Origin: Selaginella moellendorffii
Lineage: Eukaryota; Plantae; Lycopodiophyta
Reading direction: 5' to 3'
Assembly: GCF_000143415.4 (NCBI RefSeq)
Contig: NW_003314272.1
Location: forward strand, 902,184-966,183
Length of the DNA stretch: 64,000 bases
The position numbers and the translations under genes are program-made. The first letter of the stretch is position 1; each line of letters opens with the position of its first letter. Below, one piece after another: positions 24,575 through 39,411 of this stretch. The notes under the pieces were generated by a model. That model made no database searches. It worked only from the letters and a program-made list of their open reading frames with translations, and was not told the DNA's origin.

Positions 24575-27500
24575 GGCCTTAGAGGCCAAGATGGAGTTTG
24601 AGAAGGAGTCTGGGATGGACCCAAGATAGAGCCCGAGAAGGAGTTCGAGAAAGAGTCCGTGATGGAGTCTGAGATGGAAAATGGGACCAGATCCAAAATT
24701 GAGGTCGAGGCTAAGACCGAGACCGAGACCGAAACCAACATCATGAAGCCCAAAGCGATCGTCTCTCAAACCCTAGGGGGTTTGGTGAGCTCCAAAGGGA
24801 TAATAGGGGGAGGACTCTAGTGGAACCAGTTTGGCCAGGAAAAGCTAGTGTGACTAAAGAAGGTTATACCCATGTGGTGGGTGATGATATAACTATTGAG
24901 AAGTCCAATGCTAGAGTGAACACTGACGGACAAGTGGGGTAATTTGGTTAAATGTTCAAGAGTTGGCTCTAGCTCCCCCAAGAGATTGCCGATGCTCTTA
25001 ATCCAAGTGTGGGTGGCATTACCTACTTGGATATCTGGCGTGGCTCATCAAAACCTCACTTTAGCCACATGGTTAAGGCACCCAAAGGCAAAAGGTGGGG
25101 AAAGTACCTATGAAGCTTGTATATGTTTAAATATTGTTCCAAAATCCCAAACTATGGAAAGGAAGAGGAATGGTCCTTTTGCATAGTGACCAAAAACATG
25201 GTCACATGGTGAGGAAGTCCCAAAGATAAATGGGACTTAGTGGTTGGGCCTTTGGCCCCTAACTCAGTGGCAGTGTTGGCGAGCACTGCCGTGGACGGAG
25301 TGGGATTTGGTGGGGACCGATGGAGGGATATTGAGGAAGGATGTTCCCCATATCTCTAGACATCCTAAGGGTACTAAAGTGTGGTTAAAGGATGACTATT
25401 CATGGATGGATGGCCCAATCTTTGGGAGATGGGTTTATGGTATGGGTGGTCTTGGACTACCATTAAGACAAAGGTGAATAGACATAGTTTTAGTGTAACA
25501 AATTGATATATTAATAGTATCTTTGGGTGTTTGTAGTGGGATTAAACACGTGGAGTAGTTGGGCCAAATGCAAAGAGTGAGTGGCATAGATGTCATTCAC
25601 AGGGCTAGCATGCCTCCAAGATTGGAATAAGACTTATGGGGTTGTGAGTGAGACACCTCCACATGGTCAAAGATGTGGTTAAATGGCTAAAGTAGAATAG
25701 AAAATTTAATTGCATACAATTTGGTATCAGGGTTGTTCCTTAATTTGACTCTTATTAGTGGTCAAGTATATCACTATTTGTATTAGCATAGAAAGGTCCT
25801 AGAAGTGGGCTTATCCTCGAGGAGTAGTGTGTCAAACGAACATGGCTCTCCACTTTAGTTCATACATGAATATGTAGGCAATGTGATGGATGGAAATGGG
25901 CCAATAAGAGAATGACTTTTGGATCTTGGGAATAGTAGAAGTTTTTTCTCAAATAGTTGAGGATGTGATCTATATAAACATTTAATTTAGTAAACTGGCT
26001 AATATGGTTGTAGTAAATAACTATAGTTGGGATCATAAAAATTATAGAAACTCCTGGATGATAAAGAAGTTGTAAGATTATCCTCATATAATTGAGGATG
26101 GTGCCCAAGAATTTGAGACTGGAGTTGGTGATTGGAGGAGGGTCAAATACAGACAAAGACGAATATCCTTGAAATGGTAATTAAGGCTACCTCTAAAACA
26201 TGCTAAAATAACCTAAGAAGTTAGGGGTGTACACAAAGGATGAGTTAGTATTCTCATTATATAAAATGATAATTCTAAAAAGCAAAAAAACCCACATAGA
26301 ATAAAGGATAATCAAGTGTTGGAATAACACTTGTAAAGACAGTCCTTATGAATAAAACATGAATACAAAAAGTTGTATTCAAGTGTAGTGGCACTTCAAA
26401 AGTAGCTATAAGGCTAGGACCTTACAGGACGTCAAATTTATAAAGTCCAAAAGTTAAATGATTCAGTAAAGTTAAGGGATGGTCCTAAAAGCTTGAAGGA
26501 ATTTGTAAGCAACCAAAGAGAATGATTTGAGAGACGATCCATAAAGGTTCAAATATAGAGGGAAAGGGCCCATGAATAAAAGTGCACCCCTTTTTCCAAT
26601 TGGTTAAGGGTCTTAGGATATTTAGGGTTAATTGTCCTTGGGTTTGAATAGTACTGAGTTTGGGTGACTTCTTGGGAAGTCCAAATTCAGGAGCTTATAT
26701 TTGGTATCAGAGAGGTTTGGGTCTGAAGGCGTGAACTTGCAAGGAAATGTGATGGATTGTAAGTAACCAAAGAGAACAACTTGAAAGACGATCCATAAGG
26801 GTTCAAATATAAAAAGAAAGGGTTTATGAATAAAAGTGCACCCCCTTTTCCAATTAGTTAAGGGTTTTAGGATACTTGGGGTTAAGTGTCCTTGGGTTTG
26901 AATAGTACTGGACTAGGTGACCTCTCGGGAAGTCCAAATTCAAGAGTTTACAAAATCCCATTTGGATGGAGGTGTGTTGTACATAGTGAAAGGATAGAAG
27001 GATCATGAGTTCCAAGTATGAGAACAGTGAATATCTCATTGATGCCAGAAAGTACAATACTAAGGTGTTAACAGAAGAAAGCAACTTTAGCAAAGAGTTG
27101 TGTGGACACTATGGAGTAATGTTAACCAATAGTTCGCATAAGAAATGACTGTTTTGGTCTTGGCAAGACCTAAAAGCAAGTGGAAAGTGTCGTGAAAGTA
27201 GGCTCGTGGAGCTAATAGGGTGAAGACTTTAAATGTCTCAAGGGATGATACTTTGAGGTCAAATTAATAGGTTCATGAAAACCTCTTCTCAAAAGATGTT
27301 GGTATGTTCTAGATATGATTAGATTCATGTGCTTATATTGAATATTAATAGAAGTGTGGAAATATTGGCAATAAGTTGTAGGATATAATAGCTATGAAGC
27401 AACTAAGCAAAGGTTGGTAATAATTTGTTGGAATAGTGAGAGCTAACTTCTTGAGACTTTTTTGTTGGATAAGAAGGAGGTTAAATACATCCCTTATGGG

Positions 27501-28650
27501 ATGATGTGCTAGTGAGTCAATCTTAATAGAAAATGCTCATTGCCAAGGAGGTCCATTATAAAAACATATAAGCACCTTAAAAACACCAAAGAGGTGGTGT
27601 TTAGGTATTATAGGGCATTAGATAGACTCATGATACACAATTAAATTGTTTAGTGTGAAAGGTTGGCATATTTAACTTAAACACCTTGATACAAGGGGCA
27701 CCAAAGAGGTGGTAAATGAGATAAGGACATTTAATCTCGGTTGCTATAAACCCTTGGCTAGAAGGGCTAGCTTGGGTGGACCATTAAGTGTGGGGGATGC
27801 CCCTAGGGTCATGGTTAACAACTTAAAAGTATGGGAGACTTAGTATTTATTACTATTATTATTATTAGTATTTATTTATTTATTATGTAGATCTGTTAAT
27901 TTGTTAATATGAGATCACTATATGATTTTATGGTTTATGGTGCTGGGCAAAGTCACATTACATTGAGGTCAGAAGGGTGTCTTAATTGTTCTTCCAATTG
28001 CAAAAACACTACTCAAAGGATTGGGATGTTAAGTTTCTGATTGTGAGAGCCGCTAAAAAAGCAGCTAAGAAGGGATGTTAGACATTTTGGGTTCAAATGA
28101 TGGAAGCTAAGGGTGATGGTGACCTAGTTCAAATTGATGATGGGGTTGATCTTGTATCAAAGAAAGTATTAGAGTTGTTGGCGAGGAATCAAGATATCTT
28201 TCCGAAAGATTTACCATAGAGCTAACTCATAGTCATAAGGTTGATCATCGGATTGAGATTGTTCCAGGTTCTAAACCATCTACAAAGGCTTTATATTGTT
28301 TGAACATAAAACAAATGGCTGAACTCAAGAAACAACTCATAGAAATTCTTAATAAAAGTCATATCCAACCACCTTATGGAGCATTAGTCCTTTTTGTTAT
28401 GAAAAAGGATGGTACTATGAGGATGTGTATTAAATATCAAACTCTCAACAAAACCACAGTTAGAAATAGTTATCCTTTGCCTCGCATTGAAGGCTAAGTA
28501 TTTTATGCAACTTGCTTTATAGTTTGGGTATCATTAGATACAAGTGGTAGATCAAGATGTGGAAAAGACTGTCTTTAAACCTTAGTATGGATCCTATAAA
28601 TTCTTTGTTATGCTATATGGGTTATGTAATGCTCTAGCAACATTCATGGC
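24575..28650 (+). mobile_element. Degenerate gypsy element of the minisatellite-LTR family (partial LTR, PBS at 25721, RT remnant)
   Basis: LTR similar to 35103-36749; TTGGTATCAG PBS; [20 protein letters not shown] at 28300-28500. Confidence 0.7.
26504..26952 (+). mobile_element. Complete TRIM
   Basis: LTRs at 26504-26699 and 26758-26952; the 58-bp internal region has PBS TTGGTATCAGAG and a purine tract; eroded TSD gaatt/aaatc. Confidence 0.85.
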
Positions 28651-31600
28651 TTAACTTTAAAACCATCCCATGGATCCCTTATAGAGACTGTTTTCCTCGG
28701 ACTTACTATGCCATTGCATTGGCATATTTCCTTTCCCTTAAGTGTTCTTCCCACTTGGTCACCTTGACTAAGCCACACCATCATCAATAGTTCTAATCAA
28801 CACTTTGAACTTGGAACTTTATCCCTTAACCTCACAAAAACTTTGTCCTTGTTTTAGCCATAAGATCACCTAGTGATCTTTGGCACCTTAACAGGTTTGC
28901 CAATAAATACTAGGTCTTCTAGACCTTTAAGTTGTTGACCATAACCCCGGGGGCATCCCCCACACTTGGCGGTAAACTAACCCTTCCGGCTAAGGGTCCA
29001 TAGCAACTGAGACTAGGTGTCCCCATCTCATTCACCACATCCTTGGTGCCAGTTGCACCAAAGTGTTCAAGCTAGATATGCTGAGCCACACTAAGCAATC
29101 TAACTGTGGATCACGACTCTGGAGCATCCCCCACTTGGCAGTGTACCCAAGCTAGTCTCCTTACGAAGAGTTCATGACCACTGAAAAATGAGTGTCCTCA
29201 TATTCCAAACTATTACCTCGCCTTAGTGAGTTGGGACTTGAACCCAAACACTAGAGGGTCAGGACTCGAACCCAACCTCCATATATGCATCTACGGATGG
29301 CATCACACAAGATGCCTGGCATGACTCCCCATGCTGGTGCACCAACTTATATTTAAAGTGCGCCTACAAATCACAGCTTAGGAACCTAGTTCCTCTGCAC
29401 TGCTAAGTCTTCTCACTTGACAACTTTGTGATCATGCATGGACTCCTCCATGCTTGGCCCCATGGGTCACCTTTTGAAGTTGGCTCCAACTAGAATATTT
29501 GTTCTCCCAACTTGATAGCCAAACTTAACAAATCATCTAACCACCGTAACATGGTTCATGCATAAGCATGAAAGTCCTTAACTATCGACTTTCGTTCAAA
29601 ACCCTCTCTTTGAACACTCGGGAACTACTTCCCTAACCTTGATAGCTTTGCCTCTTGGCTAGCTTCAAGACTATGCTTCTGTTGCACCACTCTGATTTCA
29701 CGTGCTTTATGAATCATTTACACTTGGATTTCTATGCACTTATTTACCTAGGGGAACCTTCAAGGAACACTATTCCTTAGTTTGCTAAAGCCTCCCTTTT
29801 CGCAAGTTTTCTAATTTCTATATGGTCTAAAATGGACAATCCCATGTTTTAGACTCTCCATGGCATCCTGGTCGCTAGTAACAACATACTCGAGCACCCA
29901 CTTGATTCTCCACTCCCAACTTGCATAACCACCCTTGGTTATGCTTGTCAATTTCTATGGTTCGGTTCTATCCCCATAGTATTTGCTTTTGGCTTCACAC
30001 ATTTCCTTCAGTTATTTTCCTTTAGGCTAGGAGGATAGCTTTACGCTTTCTACCATGCTTTAGCAAGTATTCATAGGGATGAACCTACTCAATAGCCTAG
30101 GGAGTGGTTCCTCAATCCGTGTATGCTCACCTTATAATCCCACACACCGAGATTAACATTGCTATTTATAGGCCTCTATATGCCCATCATTAACCTTGCC
30201 AAAATCCCATTTTGGGCTTTGTTCAAATCGGGTAGACGGGCTTCTCCCGTCTCCACAACCTTGGACATTTGGATAGCACCTCCTATCCATCATTCACTAG
30301 GGACTTAGTCCCTTGGGCCTTATCTAATGCCCTTGCAACACTAAACACCACTTTCTAGTGTTTTAGAGTGTTTGGGTGTCCCACTAATGGCATTCTTTGA
30401 CAATGAGCATTCCCTTTATGATATTGACTTATTATATTGCAACATAAATAATTGATCCCCCATAAAGGTATATCTAACTTCCTTATCCCGATAAGAAGTC
30501 TTAAGTAGTTACCTTCTACCAGTTTAACCAATTATTTTGCACCTTTTGCTTAATTGCCTCATAGTTGTCAAGTCCTACAACTCATTGTTGGTGCTTCTAC
30601 ACCTCCATCATTATTTGGGTCACCACACTCTAACCGCATGCCTTTCAGCTTAGGATATTCCATTCCCATTTCCATTGGGATTCCTTTGGAAGGGGTTTTT
30701 ATGATCCCGCCAACTTGACCTCAAAGCAGCACACCTTGGCACATTTGGTGTTTCCACACCATTAGTTCCACGAGCTTACCTTTATAACACTTCTTATTTG
30801 TGTCTAGGTCTTTGCCAAGACCAATACAGTTGTCTCTTATGCCAATTATTCATTAGCACTACACCATAGAGTTTACGCATAACTTTGTGTCAAAGTTATT
30901 TTCTTTCGGGAAATTCTTTCCCACGACTTTAGCATAGCACATTTTGCCACCAATAAGATACCCTCTGTTCTCACACTTGGATCTTAAGATCCTCCCCATC
31001 CTTCGTGGGGCACAATACACCTCAGTCCAAATGCTTTTTTTTCTAATCCTTTAGGACCATTTCTTGACTCTACTTGAGTCAACTAGCATTTTTGGACTTT
31101 GCTAAACCAACGACCTGCAAGGTTCTATTTCAAGGTGCCAGCTCACTAAAATACAACTTCATGCATTCATGTCCTACTCATAAGGACCATCTTTGCAAGT
31201 GTACTCCAACACTTGAGTATTTTCTGTTCCTGTGGGCTACTGTTGCCCCTTAGGACTATCAGTCCATATAATGAGAATACCAACTCATCCTCTGAGCACA
31301 CCCCCAACACTTTGGGTTTGTTCCATCATTATATAAAGTAGTCCTAAGGACTCGTGTCCTCATCCATATTTGACCTTTCACAGTCATTAATTCTGGTCTC
31401 AAATTCATGAGCACCAACCTCAACTATATGAGGATAATCTTGTGACTCTTTTATTGTTTTAGAGTCTTTATTTTTCCCGTGATCCCAACTATAGTTTTAC
31501 CACAACTACCTTAACCAGTTTGTTGAGTTAAAAGCTCATCTGGATCACATCCTCAACTCTTTGAGGAAATCCTTATATTGTTCCCAAGATCCCGAAGTTG

Positions 31601-32720
31601 TTCCCTTACTAGCCCTTTTCTATCCACCACATTGCACACAAGTTCACGCATGAACTTGAGTGAAGAGCTATGTCCTCTCGACATGCTACTCCTTGAGGGT
31701 AGGTCCATACCTAGGACCTTCCACTTCCAATACAAGTGGTGATATACTTGGCCACCAATATAAGTTGGGCTAAGGAACAACTCCGATACTAAATTGTAAG
31801 CAATTAATTTTTCCATTATACTTTAGTCACTTAACCGCACTTCCAACCACTTGGAGGAGTCTCATTCACAACCTCCATAAGTCCTATTCAGGATTTGGGG
31901 CTTGCTAGCCCCGAGAATGGCATCCATACCACTCAACCTTTGCACTTGGTCCAAGTGCTCCACGTGTCCGATCCCATGACCAACACCCCAAGGTACCACC
32001 AACATATTAGCCCATTACGCTAGGCCATGCCCATTCACCTTGGTCACATCGGTGGTCCAACACCATCTGTATTGCAATCCCGTCTCTCAAAGATTGGGCC
32101 ATCCGTCTATGAGTGGTCATCCCAAATCCAGTCCTTAGCATCCTTAGGATGCCCATAGATATGGGGAATAGCCTTCCCTAATATCCTTTTCCAGTCCCCA
32201 TCAAGTCCCTTTTTGTCCAAGGCCGTGTTTGCCAACACTGCCATTGGATCAAGGCCCACATGCTTGACCATTAAGTCCCACTATCCTTTGGGACTTCCTC
32301 ACCGTGTGACTGCATCCTTGGTCACCACACCAGAGGAGGACTCCTCTTCCTTTCCACAATCTGGGACTTTGGGACAACATTTCGGAATACCGTGGCCCTA
32401 CGCAGGCTTCATGGGTACTCTCCCACCTTCCACCTTTGGGTGTTCTAGCCATGGGTTTAGAGAGAGGTTCTGTTGAGCCACGCCAGGTATCCAAGTAGGT
32501 AGTGCCACCCACACTTGGACTGGGAGCATTGACCATTCAATCTCTCGGGGGAACTAAAGCCGGCTCTTGAACACTTCACCAAGTTACTCCACTTGTCAGT
32601 CCATATTCACTCTAGTCTTGGACGTCCTAGTGGTCAACTCATCACCCAACACTTGGGTACAGCCTTCCTAGGCCAAACTGGCTCCACTAGGCTCCAACCC
32701 CCACACTTTCCCTACTTTCT
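28650..32720 (-). mobile_element. Second copy of the same gypsy family, in inverted orientation
   Basis: 31795-32720 is the reverse complement of the LTR 3' part, with the PBS next to it at ~31780. 30340-31790 mirrors 25720-27620. Confidence 0.75.
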
Positions 32721-34190
32721 TGTAAATCTCGAATTTCCATTTGAGATCATCTCTTCGAAAAGACCATGAACCTGTATTACATGAACAAGAAGATCTTTGC
32801 CACTTGTTTTGCATTCACCGTTTCCACAATTGGAATGAAGTGTGCAATCTTCGATAACCAATCCACAACCACCATCAAAGTGTCATAACCTTTAGATTTC
32901 GGTAAACAAGTGACGAAGTCAAGTATCACACTCTAAAATAGCTATATTAGTGCTAGAATCTATTGCAACTTCCCAACCTACTTCTCAATTCTTCACTTAT
33001 ATTGCTAGTATAGGGCAAGGATGGACATAATCCATTACATCACCTTCCATAGAAAAATCCCTTTTTCAATGAAGCAAGAGTCTTTTGTTTACAGCCATAT
33101 CTTGCTATCAAAACATCATGATGTTCCTGTAAAAATAGCTATTGCAGATCCTTAGAAGGAAGATACAATCTTTTTTGCTTATAGTAAATCAGTATGTCTT
33201 GAACTGAGAAGTGAAGCATTGTATTGGCATAACTAGCAACTTTTGTCATTTTGCTACCAAAGTTCTGTTTCAACAACTCCACATAGTGAAAGATTGCCTT
33301 TGCCAATGGATCACTTCCATATGAAATTCAAACGTCCTTTAACTAGTCTAAATTGGGCCTGATGACTCAATGCATCTGGAACAATATTTTCTTGACCAAG
33401 TTTATAGATGATATCAATATTAAATCTAGTGAGCTTCTCTTGCTAATGAGCCTGCTTCAACATAAGCTTTGGTTGCATTATAAAGTAGCTCAATGTGTTA
33501 CTATTTATATAAACCTTGGTATGACCATCTAAATAGTGCCTCCAATGTTCCAATGTTGACAATATAACAAACATCTCTTTCTTGTGTGTTGGCCATCTTT
33601 GTTGGGTTTTATCTAACTTTTTGGAGTAAAACACAACAGGATAACCATATTACCTTAGCGTAACATCAACCACATTATCAACCTCATTGTAACATGGCAT
33701 CTATAATATAGCTAAATGCATCATAATCTATTTCAAAGGGTTTATTAAGATCTGGGATCCTGAGAACAAGAATTGTAGTCAAAATCTCCTTCAACCATAC
33801 AAAAGCATGCTGACGAGCTGGTGTTATATGAAACGGTACCCTTCATTACTACCCTTCATTAACTCAGTCAACAGAAGAGCAATATTTGCAAAATTGTGAA
33901 TAAACTTGTGATAGTATCCTGCCAAACTGAGAAAGGAATAAACATCTGATACAATGGTTGGGACTTCCTAAGACTTCACCACTTCAACCTTATTTGGATT
34001 CAATGACACCACCACCAACTATATGCCCAAGAAAGTTCACATGCAATTGTCCAAAAGCATATTTACTTTCCTTAGCATATATTTTGTGTTCATGCCACTT
34101 TTAAAACACTAGCTCTAAGTGTTTCGGATGATCCTTTAATGTTTCAATGAAGATTAAAACATTGTCAATATATAGGACAACAAATGTGTC
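32720..34190 (-). pseudogene. Gypsy RT-RNaseH-integrase remnant
   Basis: FYSKKLDKTQQRWPTHKKEM..WRHYL; DFVTCLPKSKGYDTLMVVVD. Confidence 0.75.
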
Positions 34191-35102
34191 CAAATAATCT
34201 CTTATATTCTATTCATCATTGTATTGGATAGAGCTCACAGCAGAAAATGCTAAAGAGACATACTAGGGGTGAATACCCTCTGGACTTGGCAAAGCAAAGT
34301 GTTTGCTATGGAACCGAATGGATACCTCGAAAATAGAGGTAATGATCCTATGTTGTTGGGTGCAACAATCAAAGATAGGAGCAAAAAGCTAATGGTTAAG
34401 TAAAGAGCCATGGGAATCATGGGAAAGAATCCAAATGATAAAATTAGGCCAAGAACACTAATGTGTTGGGTGCTAATGGATTGTGGGAAATGCAATATGT
34501 TCCCAATGATGGATTCCTAATTGCTCTAATTTGGCGAAAGTGAAAGCTCCAAGGGTGGGAGCGGTAAGGTAGCCAAATGATAAAGCCGTGGAAAGCCCTA
34601 GCACAAATTATGATAACTGGAACTTAGTGCCAAAGATGGCACAAAATCGAAGAGAGGATGATGGTGCCCTCAAGTAGAGAACTTCCTAGGATAGAGAAGT
34701 GGAGTTGCACAATATGTGCAATGTAAGGTGTCGAAGACACCTAGAAAATTGACTTTGAGAAGTCAAAATTAAAAGTTCCAAAGTGCAAGGGTTATATCGA
34801 TGGAAATTGAGATTACTTGAGAATGAATAGTGGGATTGAGTTAGAGAAGGTGTCTCTAACAGGTTTAGTGAGAACTAAACCAATAAAAGGAGAGAACCAC
34901 CACAAGTGGTCGAATGAGCCTCTAAGTTAGAGAGACTATGCTCCTTAGAGGATGGGCAAGGCATGGTGAGCCTTTGATATCAAACCATTGACGAATATTG
35001 GCGAGGGGCCAAGGATGGAAAGGGTAATACAAGTTGGTATTACTTTATAAAATAGTTTATCGTTCGATAAGGACATTGAACTTCGTCTATAGGTGGTAGA
35101 GT

Positions 35103-36749
35103 TGTGAGACACAAAATCCCTAGGCCCCAAAGTGGAGCTGAAAGGGTGCCACGTGGTAGTGGCCGAAGCGAAAGCCAAACGAGCGTAACACATTTGGATT
35201 AAAAGCTCCGACTTGAAAAGGTCGAGAGCGGGAATGGAACTCCCAACGAAGTGCTCGAGGAACAAGCATAAAGTGAGTAATGAGTGAGTCTCTAGAAAAG
35301 GGACACAAGAGGACCCAAGATGGACCCAAGATGGAGTTTGAGATGACCCAAGATGGACCCGAGATGAAGTCCGAGATGGAATTCGAGATGGAGTCCAAGA
35401 TGGAGTCCGAGATGAACCCAAGATGGACCTGAGATGGAGTTCGAGATGGAGTTCGAGATGGAGTCCGAGATGGACTTGAGATGGAGTTTGAGATGGACCC
35501 GAGATGGAGTCCGAGATGGACCCGAGATGGACCCAAGATGGAGTCCAAGATGGAGTCTGAGATGGACCCGAGATGGAGTCCTAGATGGACCCGAGATGGA
35601 CCCGAGATGGAGTCCAAGATGGAGACTAAGATGGACCTGAGATGGAGTCCAAGATGGAACCAGAACCGAGACGAGACTGAGTCCGAGACCAGGACCAAGA
35701 CCGAGTCCGAGTCCGAGTCCATATCCGAATACTAATACAGGCAGTTGGGTGAATGCCCAAAGCAATCGTCCCCGGGGGGGGGCGCTGTAGGGGGTTCCAA
35801 AAGTATAGTAGGGAGAGTGTGGGGGTTGGAGCCCAGTGGAGCCAGTTTGGCCAGGAAAGGCTAGTTTGGCCCAGGAAGGCTGTACCCAGGTGTTGGGTGA
35901 TGAGCTGACCACTGGGAAGTCCAAGACTAGAGTGAATACGGACTGACAAATGGGGTAGCTTAGTGAAGTGTTCAAGAGCCGACTTTAGTTCCCCCAGGAG
36001 ATTGAATGGTCGATATTCCCAGTCCAAGTGTGGGTGGCACTACCTACTTGGATACCTGGCGTGGCTCAACGGAACCTCTCTCTAAGCCCATGGCTAAAGC
36101 ACCCAAAGGTGGAAGGTGGGGAGAGTACCCATAAGGCCTGCGTAGGGCCACAGTGTTCCGAAATGTTGTCCCAAAGTCCCAGACTATGGAAAGGAAGAAG
36201 AGTAGTCCTCTTGTGTGGTGACCAAGGATGCAATCACACGATGAGGAAGTCCCAGAGGATAGTGGGACTTAGTGGTCAGGCATGTGGGCCTTGATCCAGT
36301 GGCAATGTTGGCAAACAAGACCTTGAAAAAAAAGGGACTTGATGGGGACTGGAAAAAGGATATTGGGGAAAGCTATTCCCCATATCTGCGAGCATCTTAA
36401 TAATGCTAAGGAGTGGATCTGGGATGACCACTCATAGACGGATGGCCTAGTCTTTGAGAGACAGGATTGCAATACAGGTAGTGTTGGACCACAAATGTGA
36501 CCAAGATGAATGGGCATGGTTTGGCGTAACGGGCTGATATGTCAGTGGTACTTTGGAGTGTCAGTCATGGGATCGGACACGTAGAGCACTTGGACCAAGT
36601 GCAAAGGTTGAGTGGCATGGATGCCATTTTCGGGGCTAGCAAGCCCCAAGTCCTAAATGGGACTTATATAAGTTGTGAATGAGACTCCTCCAAGTGGTCG
36701 GAGGTGCAGTTAAGTGACTAAAGTATAATAGAAAAATTAGTTGCTTACA
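35103..36749 (+). repeat. Full-length ~1.65-kb LTR with internal GAGATGGA minisatellite (35310-35720)
   Basis: TGTGAGAC...GCTTACA, preceded by a purine tract; abuts and truncates MULE copy B. Confidence 0.85.
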
Positions 36750-39411
36750 CTTGGCATTGACTCTTCGAATTACCTAGTTAATACGAGAAACTAGCTCACA
36801 AGCAATAATCTTCTCAACCTCTGGCATTGGATTCACTTGTGTAACAATTGGCACCTCCTCCATTCCATGTTCCTTAGTTTTTCTTCGGTGTCGTGGAACA
36901 GAATGGTAATCAAACTCTGGATGGTGAGAGCTAGAAGGAGTGATGTTGGGCCCATTAAATGTCTGTTGACGCTTCAAACGGGTTGTCCTCATGTCACCAA
37001 GTGGTTCATAACTTGATTCCATAAGAGTTCTAGTAACAACTTCCCCCACCATCTTAGATATTGACCCTACTGCTGGTGTTCTCCTTCTACCAACCCGCTC
37101 TCAAAGCTTGTCTAAGTTTCGACCTGTACCAGCAAACCTTGCTTTCTGTGCAGCCAAAGATTTTGATAACTGCTCAAGAGATCTAATGAGGTTGGAGAGT
37201 GTAACTTCATAAAGGGACACTTTTCCTTTCCTTGCTTCGAAAGCTTTCCAACTCTAATGTTTGCTCTCTAAGAGATCAATTGTTGGTATAAGTGCAATAT
37301 CATCAAGTGGTTGATCCTAGGAAAAATGTAATATTTGAATGTGACAAGAAAAGAAAATGAGAGAAAACTTACATGGAGAATATAATGGCCCCACTAAAAA
37401 CATTTGAACTTCCCACCATGCAAGCCAACACTTTATTTGTGGAAGGTGTTCAATGGGCACTTTGTCTCCTTCACGCCACTATATACACATCTCATTTGCT
37501 TTTGCCTCGTGCTCCTCTTTAGTTGGTGTATCCATCCATTCTCGACAAAGCTGCTTGAATTTGTGATGGAAGCTAAACTTGATACATCAACAATGTTCAT
37601 TGACACTCTTTGCCCAATGAAACTCACAACTCTTCTCTTTACTTTATAATAGCTGACTTTTATCACCTCCAAATACTTGTCGTACAGCCAACCAATTAGC
37701 ACCAGCAGCATCTGCCATGAAACCACAGAAGTTAGGTTTCTTCCCGGTTCGTTGTTCAACAATCTCAAACATATATGTCCAAAAGATGGTTTGTGCTTGG
37801 AAATCTTAAACCTTGAATTCGGCTATAGCTATAGTTAAGTTGCACTGCAACCAATAGAAGGAATGGTTATAATGTAAATTGGTATGGAATCCTTAAAAAA
37901 TGAATAACCACTTACTTTTGATCATAAACATGAGCTCCCATTGTTGACCAGCCTGAAACTCATTCTAGTGGTTGAAATGGATCTAGGAATTAGCCAAGTC
38001 CTCGTCTTTATCCATATCCATTCGTTGTACAAGGTCCACACCAGAAGCAAGACCAAGGGTGGACATCTTAAAGATGAAAGGGTGTTGACTGTTTGAAGTC
38101 ACTTGGCCAACGAACAAACTCCCATGAACAAATTCATAAGGACATTTTCTTTTTAACTCCAAAATTGCATCCAATCCAGATTGAAGCTTTCCATCTCGCC
38201 CTTCTCACATCCAGTTCTTTATTCTACTAAAAAAAAAAGGGTTTCTTGTGACAAAGTAGAGTTAAGTATTAATTTATACTTGTTTAAATTTGTTATGAGT
38301 TCTATATTTCGAAACAGGTCCTTCAAGTTATTCTCTATGAACTCTTTTTTGCTATTAGCTTGTAGCAACATGTCCACCATATTGTCCTTTAGTATAGACT
38401 GTTGAACACACTTTGGAGTTACAGCACTTTTCTTCCCAGCCTTTGTAGTAACAACAGCCTTCAAATTGTGAAAAGAATCATGGTGGATTCCTTCCTCTAT
38501 TGTGTGTTGATGGTATCCAACATGCACTGCTGCTCTGCCTAAACATCCATCCTGTAGAAGAAAATAATACATTTTTGCATTGCAACATGCTTCACAAATA
38601 GGTGTTGCCCCACATTTGCAACATCTAAACCATGTAGCAACCTCATCACACCTAGGGGGATTGATTGTTGAGCCTTCAAAGAAACACATATTCTTGCCAT
38701 GATCAGAAATGCATTTCTCAGCGACACATTGAAGTTATCCACCACAATGGACTATGGACACAAATCCGTCAAAATGGGAGAAGTGGGTCGTCTTTACTTT
38801 GCACCAATTATATGGATCAAGACACATCTCTATGCCCCTCTTTCTGCTTGACAAACTGGCTGGTGGAAATTTAAAGAATATATTCCCATTATAGGAAGAT
38901 AAAAGTTCTTCACCTCTCATGTACTGGAACTCCTTCAATTCCAACCGTAATGATCAAGATTGCTAAAATGCTTTATCCACCACTTCAAAAATTGGTCCAG
39001 AAGGAATGCACTTACTTGTATGAGAAGCTATGTTATGAAGCTCATCTTCTTCACTTTCATCATTGGAGAGAATAACAACTTCATGCTTCACTCTTTGCAC
39101 AGTTGGCTGTGAAACTGACGCGCTCTCCTCTATTTGCTTTGGAGTCTTATAACTAAAATCTCCTAACCTGTACATCTATTAAAATCCCACTGAATCCTAT
39201 TCTTTCCCACACCACTGTCAAAAAGAATGGATTTTTCTATCTGATTACCTTTATCCAAACATACATTCTCCAAACTAACTAATCCCAGCTTCAACTTGAA
39301 TCTTTTGCAGAGGAAGCTCTCTCCTATAACATTCTTAGAGAAAACAATTGAAAGTTCTTGATCAAACTTCAAATAGAATTCTCTTATATCTTCTCCTTGC
39401 TCGAGCACTTA
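36750..39411 (-). pseudogene. Copy B MULE transposase
   Basis: LDPYNWCKVKTTHF..VHCGG; KMYYFL..GRAAVHVGYH; YEFVHGSLF; SSHHPEFDYHSVPRHR. Intron positions match copy A. Confidence 0.85.
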
